Positions 38,353-54,798 of a stretch of 64,000 bases of DNA are shown here, piece after piece. Every line of letters starts with the position of its first letter. Position 1 is the first letter of the stretch. The notes beneath the pieces were generated by a model. The model saw only the letters and a list, made by a program, of their open reading frames with translations, made no database searches and was not told where the DNA came from. The DNA is from Paramecium tetraurelia (Eukaryota): positions 248,001 to 312,000 of the forward strand of contig CT868650.1 of assembly GCA_000165425.1 (NCBI GenBank). The letters are read 5' to 3'. The translations under genes and the position numbers were made by a program.

Positions 38353-40910
38353 TCATTATCCACCCATCGTCAAAGAGTCTAACAATGCTTGTTTCTCTGC
38401 AATTATTAATTTCAATTATGCTATTTCCTTAGCATAATTCTTTGCATTATAAGTCATTTCATCTTGCAAAGCCTCTATTCTAGCATTGGCTTTATGCAAT
38501 TTGACTTCCAATTCCATTTTATCTTATTCCCAATCAGCTCCACTATTACTTACAGGTCTCTTATTTCTCAACTCTTCCTTCATATTGGCAACAATTTTCT
38601 CTAACCTCTAACATTCTTATTTATAACGTTCTAACTCTCCAATGTCCTCTCCATATACAATACCTTTTAATTATTTCTGTAAGTTGAGATTTTCGCTCTT
38701 GAGTTATTCAACCTCTAATTGTGCTTATCTTGCTTTTTAAGCATCTTTTAGTGAAGTTTCCATTAATTTTTCTAATTTTGATATCACAGTTTCTTATTTC
38801 TTTACAGCCTCTTTATAAACACCAACCTTTTAGATTTCTTATTGCATGACCAACATTTTCTTGGCATTCTCTTAATGAACTCTTTATAAAGACTCCAATT
38901 CTACTTCAAGTTGTCTTGCTGAAGCAATGTCTTTTTAAGCAGTTTTCAAAGCTTTTTCAAATTCTTCATTTCTTACTCTTTCATTTCGATAAGCTTGAGC
39001 AACTTTAATTATCTTTTGTCTTAATTCTTCCATAGACATAACAGCAATCTCCTTGGTTATAATAGATTAGATTTCAAGAGACTCCTCATGGGCTAAACGC
39101 TTTCGTAGAATAGAATTTTCACTCTATAATAATTTAACTTGTCTTCTTAAATCGACAATTTCAGTTCCTGTAATTTTAAGACTCTCTGTTTTATCATCTA
39201 CTTCCTTCATTAATCTATGAATCATTTCTTATTTTTGCGAAAGTTCCTTTGACAAGATATCCCACTTTGATCTATCTGCTCCTGAAACATTTTCAGCCAA
39301 AGCTTTCATATCTGGTGTTCTGGGTACTAATCGTGTAGATTTCTTTGATGATGAGACCCTACTTATTGCAGGATTGTCTCCAGCTTCCATACAAGTCAAT
39401 TCTACTTGACATCTACTATTCATGAATAACGGCCTTTGTTTGGATTCATCAGACCAAGTGATCGGGAAAAATGCTTGCTTCTTCTCCTTGGAATAATATA
39501 ACTTTCGGAGCCAATCATCAATTATTTCTGAATATCCGACTATTCCATTTGGCATTGAATGCATAGATTAGATAGTGTCATCTCTAGTGGCTAAATAGAA
39601 TGCAATTCCACTCTATTAAGATCAACATAAAGAATACTTCCAAATTAAGATTTGGGCAGTGTAAAGACTGCTACTGCATTATACACTTTATCAGCCTTAT
39701 GTGGTGGAATCTTCATTATCGAAGATATAAACACATCGGATTGAGCATTACTTAAGGCTTGAGCCAAAGTTGGGGCACCCTTCAAATCTATTACTGAATA
39801 CGGCACTTCTTTAATTTTGGTTTGGTTTAGAGTCATAATCAAGTTAGTCCTACTTGCATATGGCAATGGATCATAATGAACCATCTTTACGATGATGTCG
39901 ATTAATTCATCTAAGAACTTCTGTTTATCAGCCATTTCCAAAGTGATTGACATATACAATCTAGGTCTAGCCTCATATTCTGCATATTTAAATTGTAATT
40001 CAAAGTTCATTGGTTAGAAGGGTCTCATTTACGAGATTGGAAAATAAACACTCTCGATTTCTCTCTATCCAATATCATCCACCAAACTAAGATATAAATA
40101 CCCATCCAGAGTTGTCACTGTTTATGGATTTGGGATCAAAAATTGCTAGTTCCAAATCGGATGTCTATTTTAATCTCTTATTTTTGTTAAATGCATATGA
40201 TGTTCAGATGGAGGTTGATTATCATATTATGACCAGCCCAATTTCACAAAGCCCCTAGGTAGTCCAGACTGAGAATCACGATGTAAAGGCATATCCATAC
40301 AAGCCCTAATATCTACTCTTAATCTCCATGTAAAACTCATGAATGGATCTGATGCTGGGAGAGGTTGGAATATCTCATCTGATTCTAATGGTTTCTCATC
40401 ATTTATTGGGATTATTTGTTCTCCTACTAATTTAAGATTTACAATGAATCTTCCCACTGTCACTTACTTATCATTTCGACGAACAAATTTCAAGTGTTAT
40501 CTCACCCCTGTTCCACTTATGTCTGTCAATGGACCTGTGAAATCACCCAACTTCAATATACACTCCCCTAATAACCTTGCTTAACCCTAATTGTCTAGTT
40601 CAGGTCCACGTCCTTATTCACGATCGGTTACAACATATGCTTCGAACTTTCATGCATAAAATAGTATTTTTACGTGCAAGTAATCGTTAATGTCCAATTT
40701 AAAATTCGAAAGTGGTATTATAAAAGTACTCGCTGCAAATACTGGTGCTGCTACTTAGGCACTCACGTCGGTTCTTTTCTATTATAAAATCTTTTTTCAT
40801 TCTACCTTCTCCCCATCTACATTTAATTATACAGTAATGAAGTAATGATAATCCTTTGCAAACTCTACGTTATGCAAACTGACACAAAGTGATGAACGCT
40901 GTTAATCCAT
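38353..40910 (-). CDS. C2-domain plus long coiled-coil protein (CCDC33-like)
   Basis: N-terminal C2-like HYFITVQL...RTDVSAQVAAPVF; second C2-like WRLRVDIRACMDMP...FVKLGW...HPIWNQQF; C-terminal heptad coiled coil. Confidence 0.75.
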
Positions 40911-41564
40911 TATTTTAAATATGACAGATAATATTTAGTATAAAAATTATACTTAATTAATGTATTCTTTGATTTTCTTCACTTCTTCCCAACAATCATT
41001 AAATGTAGGAATTATTTCATTATTAAGATAAGCATATAAACAATATATCCTTAAAATTTTTCATCATCCAAATTTTAGTTTATCTTGTGAATACTGAATT
41101 ATTTATTATTATTTCCATTTTTAATTCAAAAGAACTACAAATTATGTTTAGAATTTATAGCAATATAGTTCAAATTTTGGGAGGAATTGACTATTCTCTA
41201 TGGATTATGTAATATGATTACTTAAATTTAGACTGGTTCAATATAACAAAATTGATATTAGTAGAGATCAACTCCTCTTCTGAATTCGACTTTTTTTAAA
41301 TAAGAAATATATTGTAAGCAATTAAAATAAAATATGTTTGTGTATAAGTTTGTTGATACAGATACAAAAATTTAAAAGTGCCTAAAAGATTAGTTATATG
41401 AGTTTGCTAGCATATTTTATTTATGCTTGGATTTCTTTATCATAATGTTCATTTCATTCAATTTCTTGATATCAGTAAAAAAATTAAATGTTGAAACAAT
41501 ACCCATGAATTTACTTGATATATAAATTAAATAATTCATAAACCAATGTATATTTATTTAATTA

Positions 41565-43101
<1,537 letters not shown>

Positions 43102-43259
43102 GTCATTAATCAACTTATTATGGTTAGTGATAAATAATATTTATATTTCAAATTTATATCAATCCTGTGATCTCAATAAGATTCAATACTGCGTTTCTGT
43201 TTTAGTTGAAATGAAGAATTGTGGAGTAAAAATGATGGTAAATGTATTATGATACTAAA

Positions 43260-43602
43260 TCAATTTTTTCTTCTTTGTAAAAAAAGTGCGTTTTAGGTTC
43301 CCATCTAAATATCAGGTATGTCACTTAAATCATCCTTTGTTATTAATGCATGCTATAATTCAAACTCAGTCATGACCTCATTAGAAATCTAACTTAAGTC
43401 AAAAGCTTACGCTGTCTTGAATAAGTTCTTAGACTACCCACTATTGATCTTTTGTTTCAATTGATTATGCTTTAACATTGATTGAAGATTGATAACCTTC
43501 TTATGTAAACAAAATATCATTTGGATCTAGAATTTCTGATTATTCTGTTGTTGTTAATGCTAAAGTAAGACCTAATATTAAAATCAATTGCAAATATTTC
43601 AT
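43260..43602 (-). CDS. Small secreted acidic protein
   Basis: Signal peptide MKYLQLILILGLTLA; a 22-nt intron removes an in-frame TGA; ends ...LQRRKN-TGA. Confidence 0.65.
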
Positions 43603-43617
43603 GAAAATTAATTATTT

Positions 43618-44058
43618 ATGTCTGAATTCAAACATAATGTAGAAGACGTAATGAAAAAATTAGAATTGCAAATAAAAGAAAATAGGAGAAGAACTAGAAC
43701 ACTGAGTCTTGCCAAATAAAATGGCTTCAACAATTTATGTAGATAACGATTGAATACAATGCATCAAATATAGGATCATTTCTTGTTGAATAGCATATAT
43801 GCTCAGCCCTAATAAGAAATTTAATAGAGAAAGAAGATAGTGAATCAGAGATTGCAAAATTAACAAAGAAAATATTACTAACAATTATTTTATGATAAAA
43901 TTTTACACAACAATTAGAAACCTGAAGTGTAGCCTCTTACATCGTGTATAACCTTATAGTAATTAAATTAAAACTCTATACCCTTACCAATAGTGTTCAA
44001 ATAAAAGAAGGAAATTAAGAAATTAATAAAACCTAACTCGAAATTTAATCTAAATTGA
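43618..44058 (+). CDS. Hypothetical basic, Gln-rich protein
   Basis: MSEFKHNVEDVMKKLELQIKENRRRTRTLS... open to TGA at 44056. Confidence 0.6.
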
Positions 44059-44987
44059 CTAATCAATTGTTCTTTCTAATTTATTATTCACATTATAATT
44101 TCAGAATAGTTCTTCAAGTTTTTGTTCTAAAAATCTGATAATTAAAATAGGTTGAAGCTTCATTCTACTCTGATGCTTAACTTCCTCATTTAAACTTTCG
44201 CAATTATCACTCAAATTTAATGTTATTAATGTTAAATGAGAAGGTGTTGCCAAAAATCTATTAAATTTTCAATTGATACCTCTTTTTCCTGATTTTAGGA
44301 GGAGCATTATACTAAGTATGTTAATTTTCAAACAACAGGTCCAACATATCCAGCCTCCTAAAGTTTGGAAAAATAATTTATGTATTTACAATTTCAATAT
44401 CATATTAATATTAGTTCATATTCATAAAATAAGAAAATTCAGATCTTATTCTTTGTCTAATTACACCCACACAATAAAATATTATAGATGAATATTTAAA
44501 ATGCATCTTGAGATAAATTATGTTTATTTCTTCCTATTAAATAGAGCCATTCAATTTCCAGAAGAAAAACAATTTATCAAGTTGGTTAATAAACTCTCTA
44601 TATTCATGATGTCTGTGAATCAAATATCTAATCAAAATGAGGATCATCGAAATTGGATTAGTTCATAAAATATTACCAGTAATCAAATATTTTAGAGATC
44701 ATCAACTCAAGGTCTACTACTATAATCAATATAATCATCAGTTTGAAATAAAGAACAATGCAATAAATAATGACTTTGTAGTTAAATGGACCTTTAAAGT
44801 AATTTAGTTATTTTCTACATCCTATCCTTAATTTTCTATGTTTTGATCTAATTATTGCTTGCTTGGTTCTTGGGTTCTAAAAAGCATATTTATAGAACTA
44901 GAATCAAAGCAGAGATAATAGTAAATAACAATTTTTATTTAAAATGATGAATTTATTTTATTCTTTAGAGTGAAAAATAAAAAAAAG

Positions 44988-45059
44988 TGCCACCTCCAGG
45001 AATTGAACCTGGGCTTTAGCGGCCACAACGCTAAGTACTAACCACTATACGAAGATGGC
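44988..45059 (-). tRNA. trnH-GUG: tRNA-His (GTG)
   Basis: GCCATCTTCGTATAGTGGTTAGTACTTAGCGTTGTGGCCGCTAAAGCCCAGGTTCAATTCCTGGAGGTGGCA folds as a cloverleaf with anticodon GTG, A/B boxes and a downstream oligo-T terminator. Confidence 0.95.
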
Positions 45060-45276
45060 ATTACAATAACTTTAGTTACAAAATTGTTTGTATACTGCTA
45101 ACATTCCTTTATAATACTAAAGTTTATAAAATAGTTTTAATTTTAACATCAATAATAAATTAATAATTAATATTTAAGAATAATTACCATATACAAAATT
45201 AGGAAATAATTTAGATAAAAAAGTTACTATTAATATTTGTTGAATGAAATATTTTGAAATTCACTATTTATTTTGT

Positions 45277-46637
45277 TCAATCCAATCTTAATATAAAGCA
45301 AGTTGGCCTAATTTAATTGTTTGTGAATCCATTTGTTTTTCTAATGACATTAAGTGATTCTAATTGTTTTAGATATCATTTAAATTCCATATCATTTCTT
45401 AAATGTTCTTCTCTAATTAAGCCTTTATTTAGAATAGCATTAATACTTTTTACTGATCTAAACTCTTTTCCTACCCTAAAAGTTCAGCTAAGCATCTCTT
45501 TTCAGTGATTAAATCTAAATTTTCAATTGTACCATCATCATTAATTTCAAACCATTATTTCTTTTGCTTATCTTTGTATTCACAAAATAATCCTTTTTGA
45601 ACTCCTTCAAAATACATTAATTCAGCTATTTATTCACTAAATATCTTATTTACTATATTTTTGTTTATGCTGAGATTAATTTATCTAATTTTATTCTGGC
45701 TAAATCAATAGACCTAGACCATTTTTAACATCGCGATCAAACTCACCAAAATATTCATAATTTTCTTCTTTCAAATGCCCAAATCCATGTTTCATTCCTT
45801 CATAGAAATATCCGCTATACACAATATTATCAGGATATTGGATTTGACATAAATCAGATAGATTGTCTTATTTCCAATTCCCTTTAATGACTGTTCCATC
45901 AGAATAATGACATTCTCCTAATCCATCTCTTAAACCATCTTTAAATTATCCCACATATTTATAGAGTTATCTATTAGAATATAAGTATTAGTAACGTTTA
46001 AAGAATGCCATATTTCAATTTCCTTTCATCCCAGATCCCTTAATAAGTTGAATTGTCTTTGGTTTTAAGGATCCCTCTTCCCTTAATTTCATTTTTTTGG
46101 ACCTCTCCCCAATAAGAGTAATCTTAATTAAAAATAGCATATCCATTGCCAGCAGCTTAACCGTCTCGATATGTTCCAAAAAACTTGTAGACTTCTTCTT
46201 ATTCTTACTATCCTGATCTTAATTCAAAAAACATACCCTTCTACATTGGCTTCCTTCTGATAGATAAGACGCCATCCCCTTCTCTATTGGAACCACGCAA
46301 TCTCCCATAATATTCTCCATCGACTATATCATGTCTTTCATAAGAAGTAGGATCTAAGTCAGGGAATTCATTAGTACTAGATAGTATTAATAACAAAGAA
46401 CATCTCTTAAGATATATAGATCCTTAGTCCTTTTATCTGATCTATGTTGGCACTCTTGATTTAACTTGGTTTTGGTTTAGGCTATATTGGAGGTACTGCA
46501 TGATGCTTAAATTGAATAACAATCAGTAATACTAAGGATTCATTTATTTTAGATTTCTCAACCGATTAATGCAAAGATTGGTTGTTTGGATTTATTGAGT
46601 ACAATTCAACATAATCTGAAGCATAGACTTACCCCAT
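45277..46637 (-). CDS. MORN-repeat protein
   Basis: YWGEVQKNEIKGRG, YQGIWDE, YVGQFKDGLRDGLG, YSGYFYEGMKHGFG repeats. The 3' end is approximate. Confidence 0.8.
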
Positions 46638-47044
46638 TAAAATTAAATAATTTATACGAATATTTAAAAAGTAAAACCTATTTTGTATTTAATAAGTTAT
46701 TATTTAAGAAACCATAATTTTTAGAATTTGTAACACACATGAAATGGAATACTATTTTGCAACCAATTCAAAATTATTAATAAAAATACCCTCTGATTTA
46801 TTACAAAAGAAGCAATCATGTAAAAGTAGGAATTTGATTTTGTTCGGATTTAAAAATAATCAATCTGAAGGTACCAGAAGAATGAAATTAGGAATAGAAA
46901 ATAGAATTATAATGAAATCCTAAAAATTGGCAATAATTGACTGTGATTTAAAAAAATAGTAAATTCTTCTCAGGCCAGATCGACAACACAATTCTAAATA
47001 TATCATGCAAATTTAATAATTAGATTGATATAAATTTTTTATTT

Positions 47045-49946
47045 ATGAATATTTCAACACTTATCTACCTAGTCTTAATATTTTCTTTTTAAGTATAGGC
47101 CTCTCATCTTTGTGCAGAAGAAACAGATCAAACATCAGATTGCAAAAAGTGTATAGCGAATTCGAAATTAGATCAAGGGACGTGTAAGTGTTTGGATGGT
47201 TATATTTCAGACAATAAAGTGAATAAATGCTATTGTACTCAAATCAATTATAATTAACTAGCTTGCTTGCCTAATTGCAAAAGGTGTAAGCCATTTCAAT
47301 TAAATTAATGCGAAGAATGTTTTGGTGATAATGCTGACCCTCAAAATTAATGCGCTTGTAAAAAGGGGTATATCTATTCATCGCAAATGGAAACCTGCAT
47401 TAATAGTATAAATAAATATCATTTTAGAGAATAATGATTTAAATCTGGAACATCTAAAATATTAGATTGAATCAAAAGAGTTTGAGAGTCTCAAATTTGA
47501 TTTCTGCTTACCTGTTGAAGAGTATGCTGAAACAAGTCACCTTTATAAGTTAAAAGTAAATAATGCTACTGCCTCATTATAATTGAACTTTACAGAATTG
47601 AACAACTAAAGTTCTATTGCTTATATACAAACAAAGGAAAAGGTGATATTCGAAAAAATCCTTCTATAGAAGATTAAATCTAGGCCTATGTTAAGGGATT
47701 TTAACGAGACAATTTTTGAGATAAATTATATTTAAGGATTAAGTCAAACTAAAGACAATAATGAAAAATAGAATTTAATTCTGATGATCGAAATCAAGAA
47801 CGTCATTTCAAATAGTTATTATTTCTTATTGATGAAGTGCGGTTTATAAGGGAGTTTAGAAGAATAAAAAATATAAGAAAGTCACGTCAATTAAGTAGTT
47901 GATAAATACTTTAATCTATTCTATTAATGTCCTTCTAATTGCAAGACATGTACTTTTTAAACCACTGAAAAATGGTCTAAAGTGTAATGCAAATAATGCG
48001 TTAGTGGGATGAAATTAGATAATGGTAAATGCTTTTATGAGAATTAACCAATCAAAATTAGAGAAGTAAGATTAATTTCAGGTTCAGAAGAAAATACAGA
48101 ATGCGATATTTAAACTTATTTAAATAAAGATGGATATTGTGAATTATGTGATATACAGAATTGTGAAGAATGCGAAAATCAATAAAGTTGTAAAAAATGT
48201 AATGAGAACTTTGAGTTAAAGGATGGAAAATGTTAATGTAAACAGGACAAAAATGAATAATGTTATAATAATATAAATAAACTCTGTGCTTATTAGAATG
48301 GAAATGAATGTTTGTAATGTAATTATGGCTATTATTTACATTAAAATGAATGTCTGAAAATGTTATCAAATGAATAATTGCTTTGTATAAAATAGGATTA
48401 ATGCTATAATTGTTTGAACATGGAATAAGTGATTTAGAAATCCAAATTTGAATCTAACAAAGAGATTTGTGAATGTGAAAATGGATATTTTTTGAATTAT
48501 AGATTATTACAATGCAATCAATGTGATTCTAGTTGTAAAACTTGTGTAGATAGGTAAATCAAATGCACAAGTTGCAAAGACGGATTTTATTTATAAGATA
48601 ATAAATGCAAGAAGTGTCCTTCGACTTGTCTCAGATGTGATTCTAATGATAAATGTATAAATTGTATTGATGGCTATTATTTACATCAATTTCAATGTAA
48701 AAAGTGTGAATTTTTGAATTAAGATAAGAATGTTTGTGCAAAATGTTAGAATGATAAAATCTGTACTGAGGCAATTGAAGGATATTATGTTGATAGTAGT
48801 TCGAACAGAGTTAATAAATGTGAAATCGAAAATTGTAAAGTGTGTAAAGACAAATAGATTTGTGAAAGATGTGATCCAAATTATTTTGTGGAAAAAGGAT
48901 CTTGTGTACAATGCCATGAAGGTTGCGTTAGTTGTGATCGAAATAATGAATTAAATCAGATCAAATGTTTTAATTGTTCTCCAAATTATACACTTAGTGA
49001 TGAAGATGGAAATTGTAAGAAATGTCCATCAAATTGTAAGTAATGTGCAACTCCAAATACTTGTAATGAATGCAAAGAAGGATTTAAATTATCTCTAGAG
49101 ACATAGTTGTGTGGATGTGAAAATGCAAATGAATATTTTAAGAACAATAAGTGTTAAATCTGTGTTCACAATTGCGAAGTGTGTGAAACAAAAGATAAGT
49201 GCAAGAGGTGTTCAACCTCCTATGTTGCAAATAGTAAGGGTCTATGTGAGAAAAAATAATGTAAAATTAAAAAATGTGAGATATGTTAATCTGATGATTC
49301 ATGTGATCAATGCGAAGATTCCATCTATTATCCAGAAGAAAAAAAATGTACTTGTAAGGGTAATTGCGAAACATGCACTTTGTTAGATTCAAAATAATAA
49401 TGTACGAAGTGTAAATCAAAATATTATTTAAAGTAAAATGAATGTGTAGAATCTCATTGTGAAGATGAAGCCAAGGATGGGAAATGCAAAAAGTGTAAAA
49501 TGGGATATTTTATCAATTCAAATGGTCAATGCGAATAATGTGAACCTAAGAATTGCAAGGAATGCACTAATAATGTTTGCGATGTATGTCAGTAAGGTTT
49601 TTACCTTCTGGATCAAGTATGCAAAAAATGTTCAGACCCATAATGTTTGGTTTGCGAATATGATTAAAATGAAGAGTAAGATCAATGTAAAACTTGCATG
49701 CTTGGTTATTCTTCTAAGGAAACGAAATGTTATAAAGAAAACAATATGTTCCCATTACTTGCTCTAGTTTTCATAATTGCTGTAATTTATGGGGCCTTTT
49801 ACTTCAAAGAATAAATCTTATCGCTTTGCTCAAATTAAAATTAAGGATTCGTAAATAGTTCTGATTAAGATGTTGAACTTACAAATAAGTCAAAAACACA
49901 GACAAAATAAAACAGAGATGATGATTTTAATATATTAGAGGATTGA
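47045..49946 (+). CDS. Cysteine-rich (furin-like/growth-factor-receptor repeat) type-I surface protein
   Basis: Signal peptide MNISTLIYLVLIFSFQVQA; many CxxC...CxxGY repeats; TM LLALVFIIAVIYGAFYF; acidic tail ending NILED-TGA. Confidence 0.88.
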
Positions 49947-50108
49947 TTTATAAAAACAAATATAAACTTTAATCGTGTTCTTTATATTAAAAATTTAAAA
50001 GTAAAAATCTACTGATTTCTGATATTCAATTTTGAGAATTAAAAAATGAATGGAAACAAATCTTGATTTTAGATCATGTTTATATTATATAAATTTCCAT
50101 ATTTTTAA

Positions 50109-50862
50109 TCAACAACAAGTTCCAGAATTATTATTATTTTTTTTTTTCACTTGGTGATCTGCTGCTTTCAAGACCGAAGCATTAGAAGTTTGGCCTTTAT
50201 TCTTGCTATACTAGGCTTTTGTTTGTTCAAATTCGTCGTCATCTTGGGTCTCACTGATATCTCTCAATATTTCTATTATATTAGGAAATCAGACCTTCAG
50301 CTATTTATTTAAATGCGAATTCTATATTATGTCCAGTTTGGGCTGAAGTTTCTAGGAATCCCATCTTTTTAGATTAAGCATACTTGATGGCTTCCTCTTT
50401 GCTCACCTATCTTTGGGCTTCTAAGTCGTTCTAGGATTGTTGTATTACAGTGTTACCTTGTTTCCGATCAGCATCAGAACTAGGTTTTATTAATCAGAAT
50501 AATCTCTGATTTCTTGCAACCATCTGTCCACTTCCAAGAATGAATTTTTTTTAGTGATGTCGTAGACTAGAAAAGCACCAACTGCTCCTTTGTAATAGGC
50601 TTTTGCAATGGCCCTATATTTCTCTTGTCCTGCTGTATCCCAAACTTGGACTCTAATTTTTTTGTTATCAATTTCTAAGACTTTTGCACTAAATTCTACA
50701 CCGATTGTGGTGTTAGACGATAGATTAAATTAGTCTTTAGTAAATCTGAGTAAAATCTACGATTTTCCCACAGCAGTGCTTCCTAAGATAAATGATGGGC
50801 TTACCAAGTAATATAATTTTGAATACGTGAGCGATGTCATTTACACTTTGGGATGAATCCAT
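50109..50862 (-). CDS. RAB11: Rab GTPase, Rab11-like
   Basis: GSTAVGKS, TIGVEF, WDTAGQEKYRAI, YYKGAVGA, GNK; C-terminal CC prenylation motif. Confidence 0.85.
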
Positions 50863-50894
50863 TCAATATAATTAATTATTATCACAAAATTATA

Positions 50895-52609
<1,715 letters not shown>

Positions 52610-52654
52610 GTTACCATTTTATGTGATCACAATTAATTTTTATAATAATGATAA

Positions 52655-52670
52655 CTCTCTCTCTCTCTCT
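52655..52670. repeat. (CT)8 microsatellite
   Basis: ctctctctctctctct between two convergent genes. Confidence 0.8.
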
Positions 52671-52739
52671 GATAGTTTATTAAATTATACAATCCTTGTA
52701 ATATTTAAATTAAATCTATATTAATAAAGCAAGACTTTT

Positions 52740-53699
52740 TCATCCATTATGAGCACCTTGAGATTCTGGACTTAATGGCAAAAACATTAGTTTCTAAGAA
52801 GGTCCTTTGGCTAATAGTTGAAGTGTTTCTAGAAATCTAATCTGCATAGCCGCTTTGCTATCCAAAGCTTAGGCAGCCTCCTTCATCAACTTTGCACTCT
52901 CTACATCGGCCTGAGCAGATATAACTTTAGCTTAGGCGATTCTTTTGTTTTTAGCCGCAGCAGCTAAATCAGATTGCATTTAAGGTGTCAGAACCATATC
53001 CTTAATAAAGACTTCTTCAATGTAGATTCCCCATTATTCAGTTGATTTATCGAGATAGGCTTCTATCGAATCTTGGACCATTTCTCTGTGTTCTAATAAA
53101 TCCTGGAGCTAATGTTCCCCGCACACTTGTCTTAGGGCTGCATATGTCATGTCCTTAACAGATTAAGTCAATCTTGAAACTCTGTAGGTAGCTCTGACAG
53201 GATCTGAATGAAAAAAAGAGAGAATTAAATTCAATTATATACCTATAATTCTAAAATACATGCAAGTATCAATGTTAACCTAAATGTTGTCTTTTGTCAA
53301 TATAATTTATCTATCTAAATCTAATACTCTTGTTCTCAAATCCACTTGTATGACTGTATCCTTAATTCGGAATATGATATTACTGTGCATGGATTGATCT
53401 GATTTAAGCCAGGTGGCAGACTCCTATTATATTTTCCGAACTTCTCCACTAAACCCAATGAGCTTTATTGAACTGCGAAGAATGGATTTTCACAGCAACA
53501 AAATACACATGGAAGCCATGCCTTGAAATTCTATATTAATATAGATACTCTCAAAAATCCTGAAAAACAACCAAAGCAATCTAAACAAGATTCATATGCA
53601 GTCAACTCCCTCCTCTGTGTTAGTTAGTCGTCATTAAAGTTCTACTATAAATTAGATAAATGAATCTACTCTTTAATTACTGAGTGGTTACTATTCCAT
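52740..53699 (-). CDS. Stomatin / SPFH (band 7) family protein
   Basis: VDLRTRVLDLDRQIILTKDNIQVNID, ALRQVCGEHQLQDLLEHR, WGIYIEEVFIKD, AKVISAQADVESAKLMKEAA. Confidence 0.92.
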
Positions 53700-54002
53700 A
53701 AGTTAATTAAAATATATAAAATTTAATGTCGTATTCTCTTTAGATAGATATATTGGTCTTCAAATTTTATTCATTTTTATTTTATTATTCAGACAGTATT
53801 TGATAATCTTTTTGTGATTTTGATTAAATATAATTATAAAAAAAAATAAATTTACTTAAACTAATACAGTTTATTCAGTTAATGGATTAACCCATTTTAT
53901 TTTAACGATTAAGTTATTTACAAATTGTATTTATTAATAATACATTATTTATGCTTTATATATTAATAAAAATAATATAAAAATTATAAATCATTGCACT
54001 CC

Positions 54003-54242
54003 ATGGACAATATTATAGAGAACTCGCTTAACTTTTGGCAACAAAGACTAAACAATTCATCATAACCATAACCGAACATCTTGTTAAAAAAGAAATAAAG
54101 TTCAATAGTAGACAGAGTAGTGATAGAATCGACGAAATATTGGAGAAAAATGGCTGATGAATATTCAGCCAAAAGTTCCACGAATAGATCTGTCTAAAGC
54201 TTGTCATCCTAACTTCATAATTAATAGATTTCTGATTGCTGA
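54003..54242 (+). CDS. Small hypothetical protein (79 aa)
   Basis: Intronless frame MDNIIENSLNFWQQ...QQISDC-TGA flanked by very AT-rich DNA. Confidence 0.55.
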
Positions 54243-54798
54243 ATTGTTATAATATATATTTTAATAAGATATTCCTGCCTAAGATTGATTCATGAACATT
54301 ATTATGGTTATTAAACAAAATTAATATACTTTAAATTGAAGTTTTCCAAATGGTTTACTCTTTTAATTGTATAAATCTCATTATTTTAAATAAATACAAT
54401 AATTCTTTAAAATAGTTATTTATTTGAGTAACAACTCTTTCTATTTGGCATAAGGTTTCGTTATTTTCAAATCTAATTTAAAGATTTTTAGAAATAAAAT
54501 TGTCATCTTTCACTTCAAATAAATAATCGTTTTTCATTCTAAAACACATAACAAATGGATTAATTATTCTGTAACAAATATCTTTTAATTTTCATCCATT
54601 TCTCGATGGGAAATAAAAGTAGCATTTAATAATTGATCTATTTAATAGACACTCGATTTCATTGCAAATAATTACAAATTCATTTCATTTCTGTTGAAAT
54701 ATCCAATTATTATATAGGATGATATAATTAAAACAAAAAAACAATTATAGATTATAATTGAGATTATTTATAATTATATTAATTAAACTTCATATTGG

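Noticed and set aside
44501..44950. Possible plus-strand gene next to the tRNA
   Set aside because: The frame is broken by TGA and I could not build a consistent intron model; treated as a possible remnant.
45059..45060. tRNA-His lacks an encoded G at position -1
   Set aside because: Normal for eukaryotes, where Thg1 adds G-1 after transcription.
47045..49946. Cys-rich protein read as a GPI-anchored immobilisation antigen
   Set aside because: It has CxxC furin-like repeats, a TM segment and a cytoplasmic tail, not the i-antigen periodicity and GPI signal.
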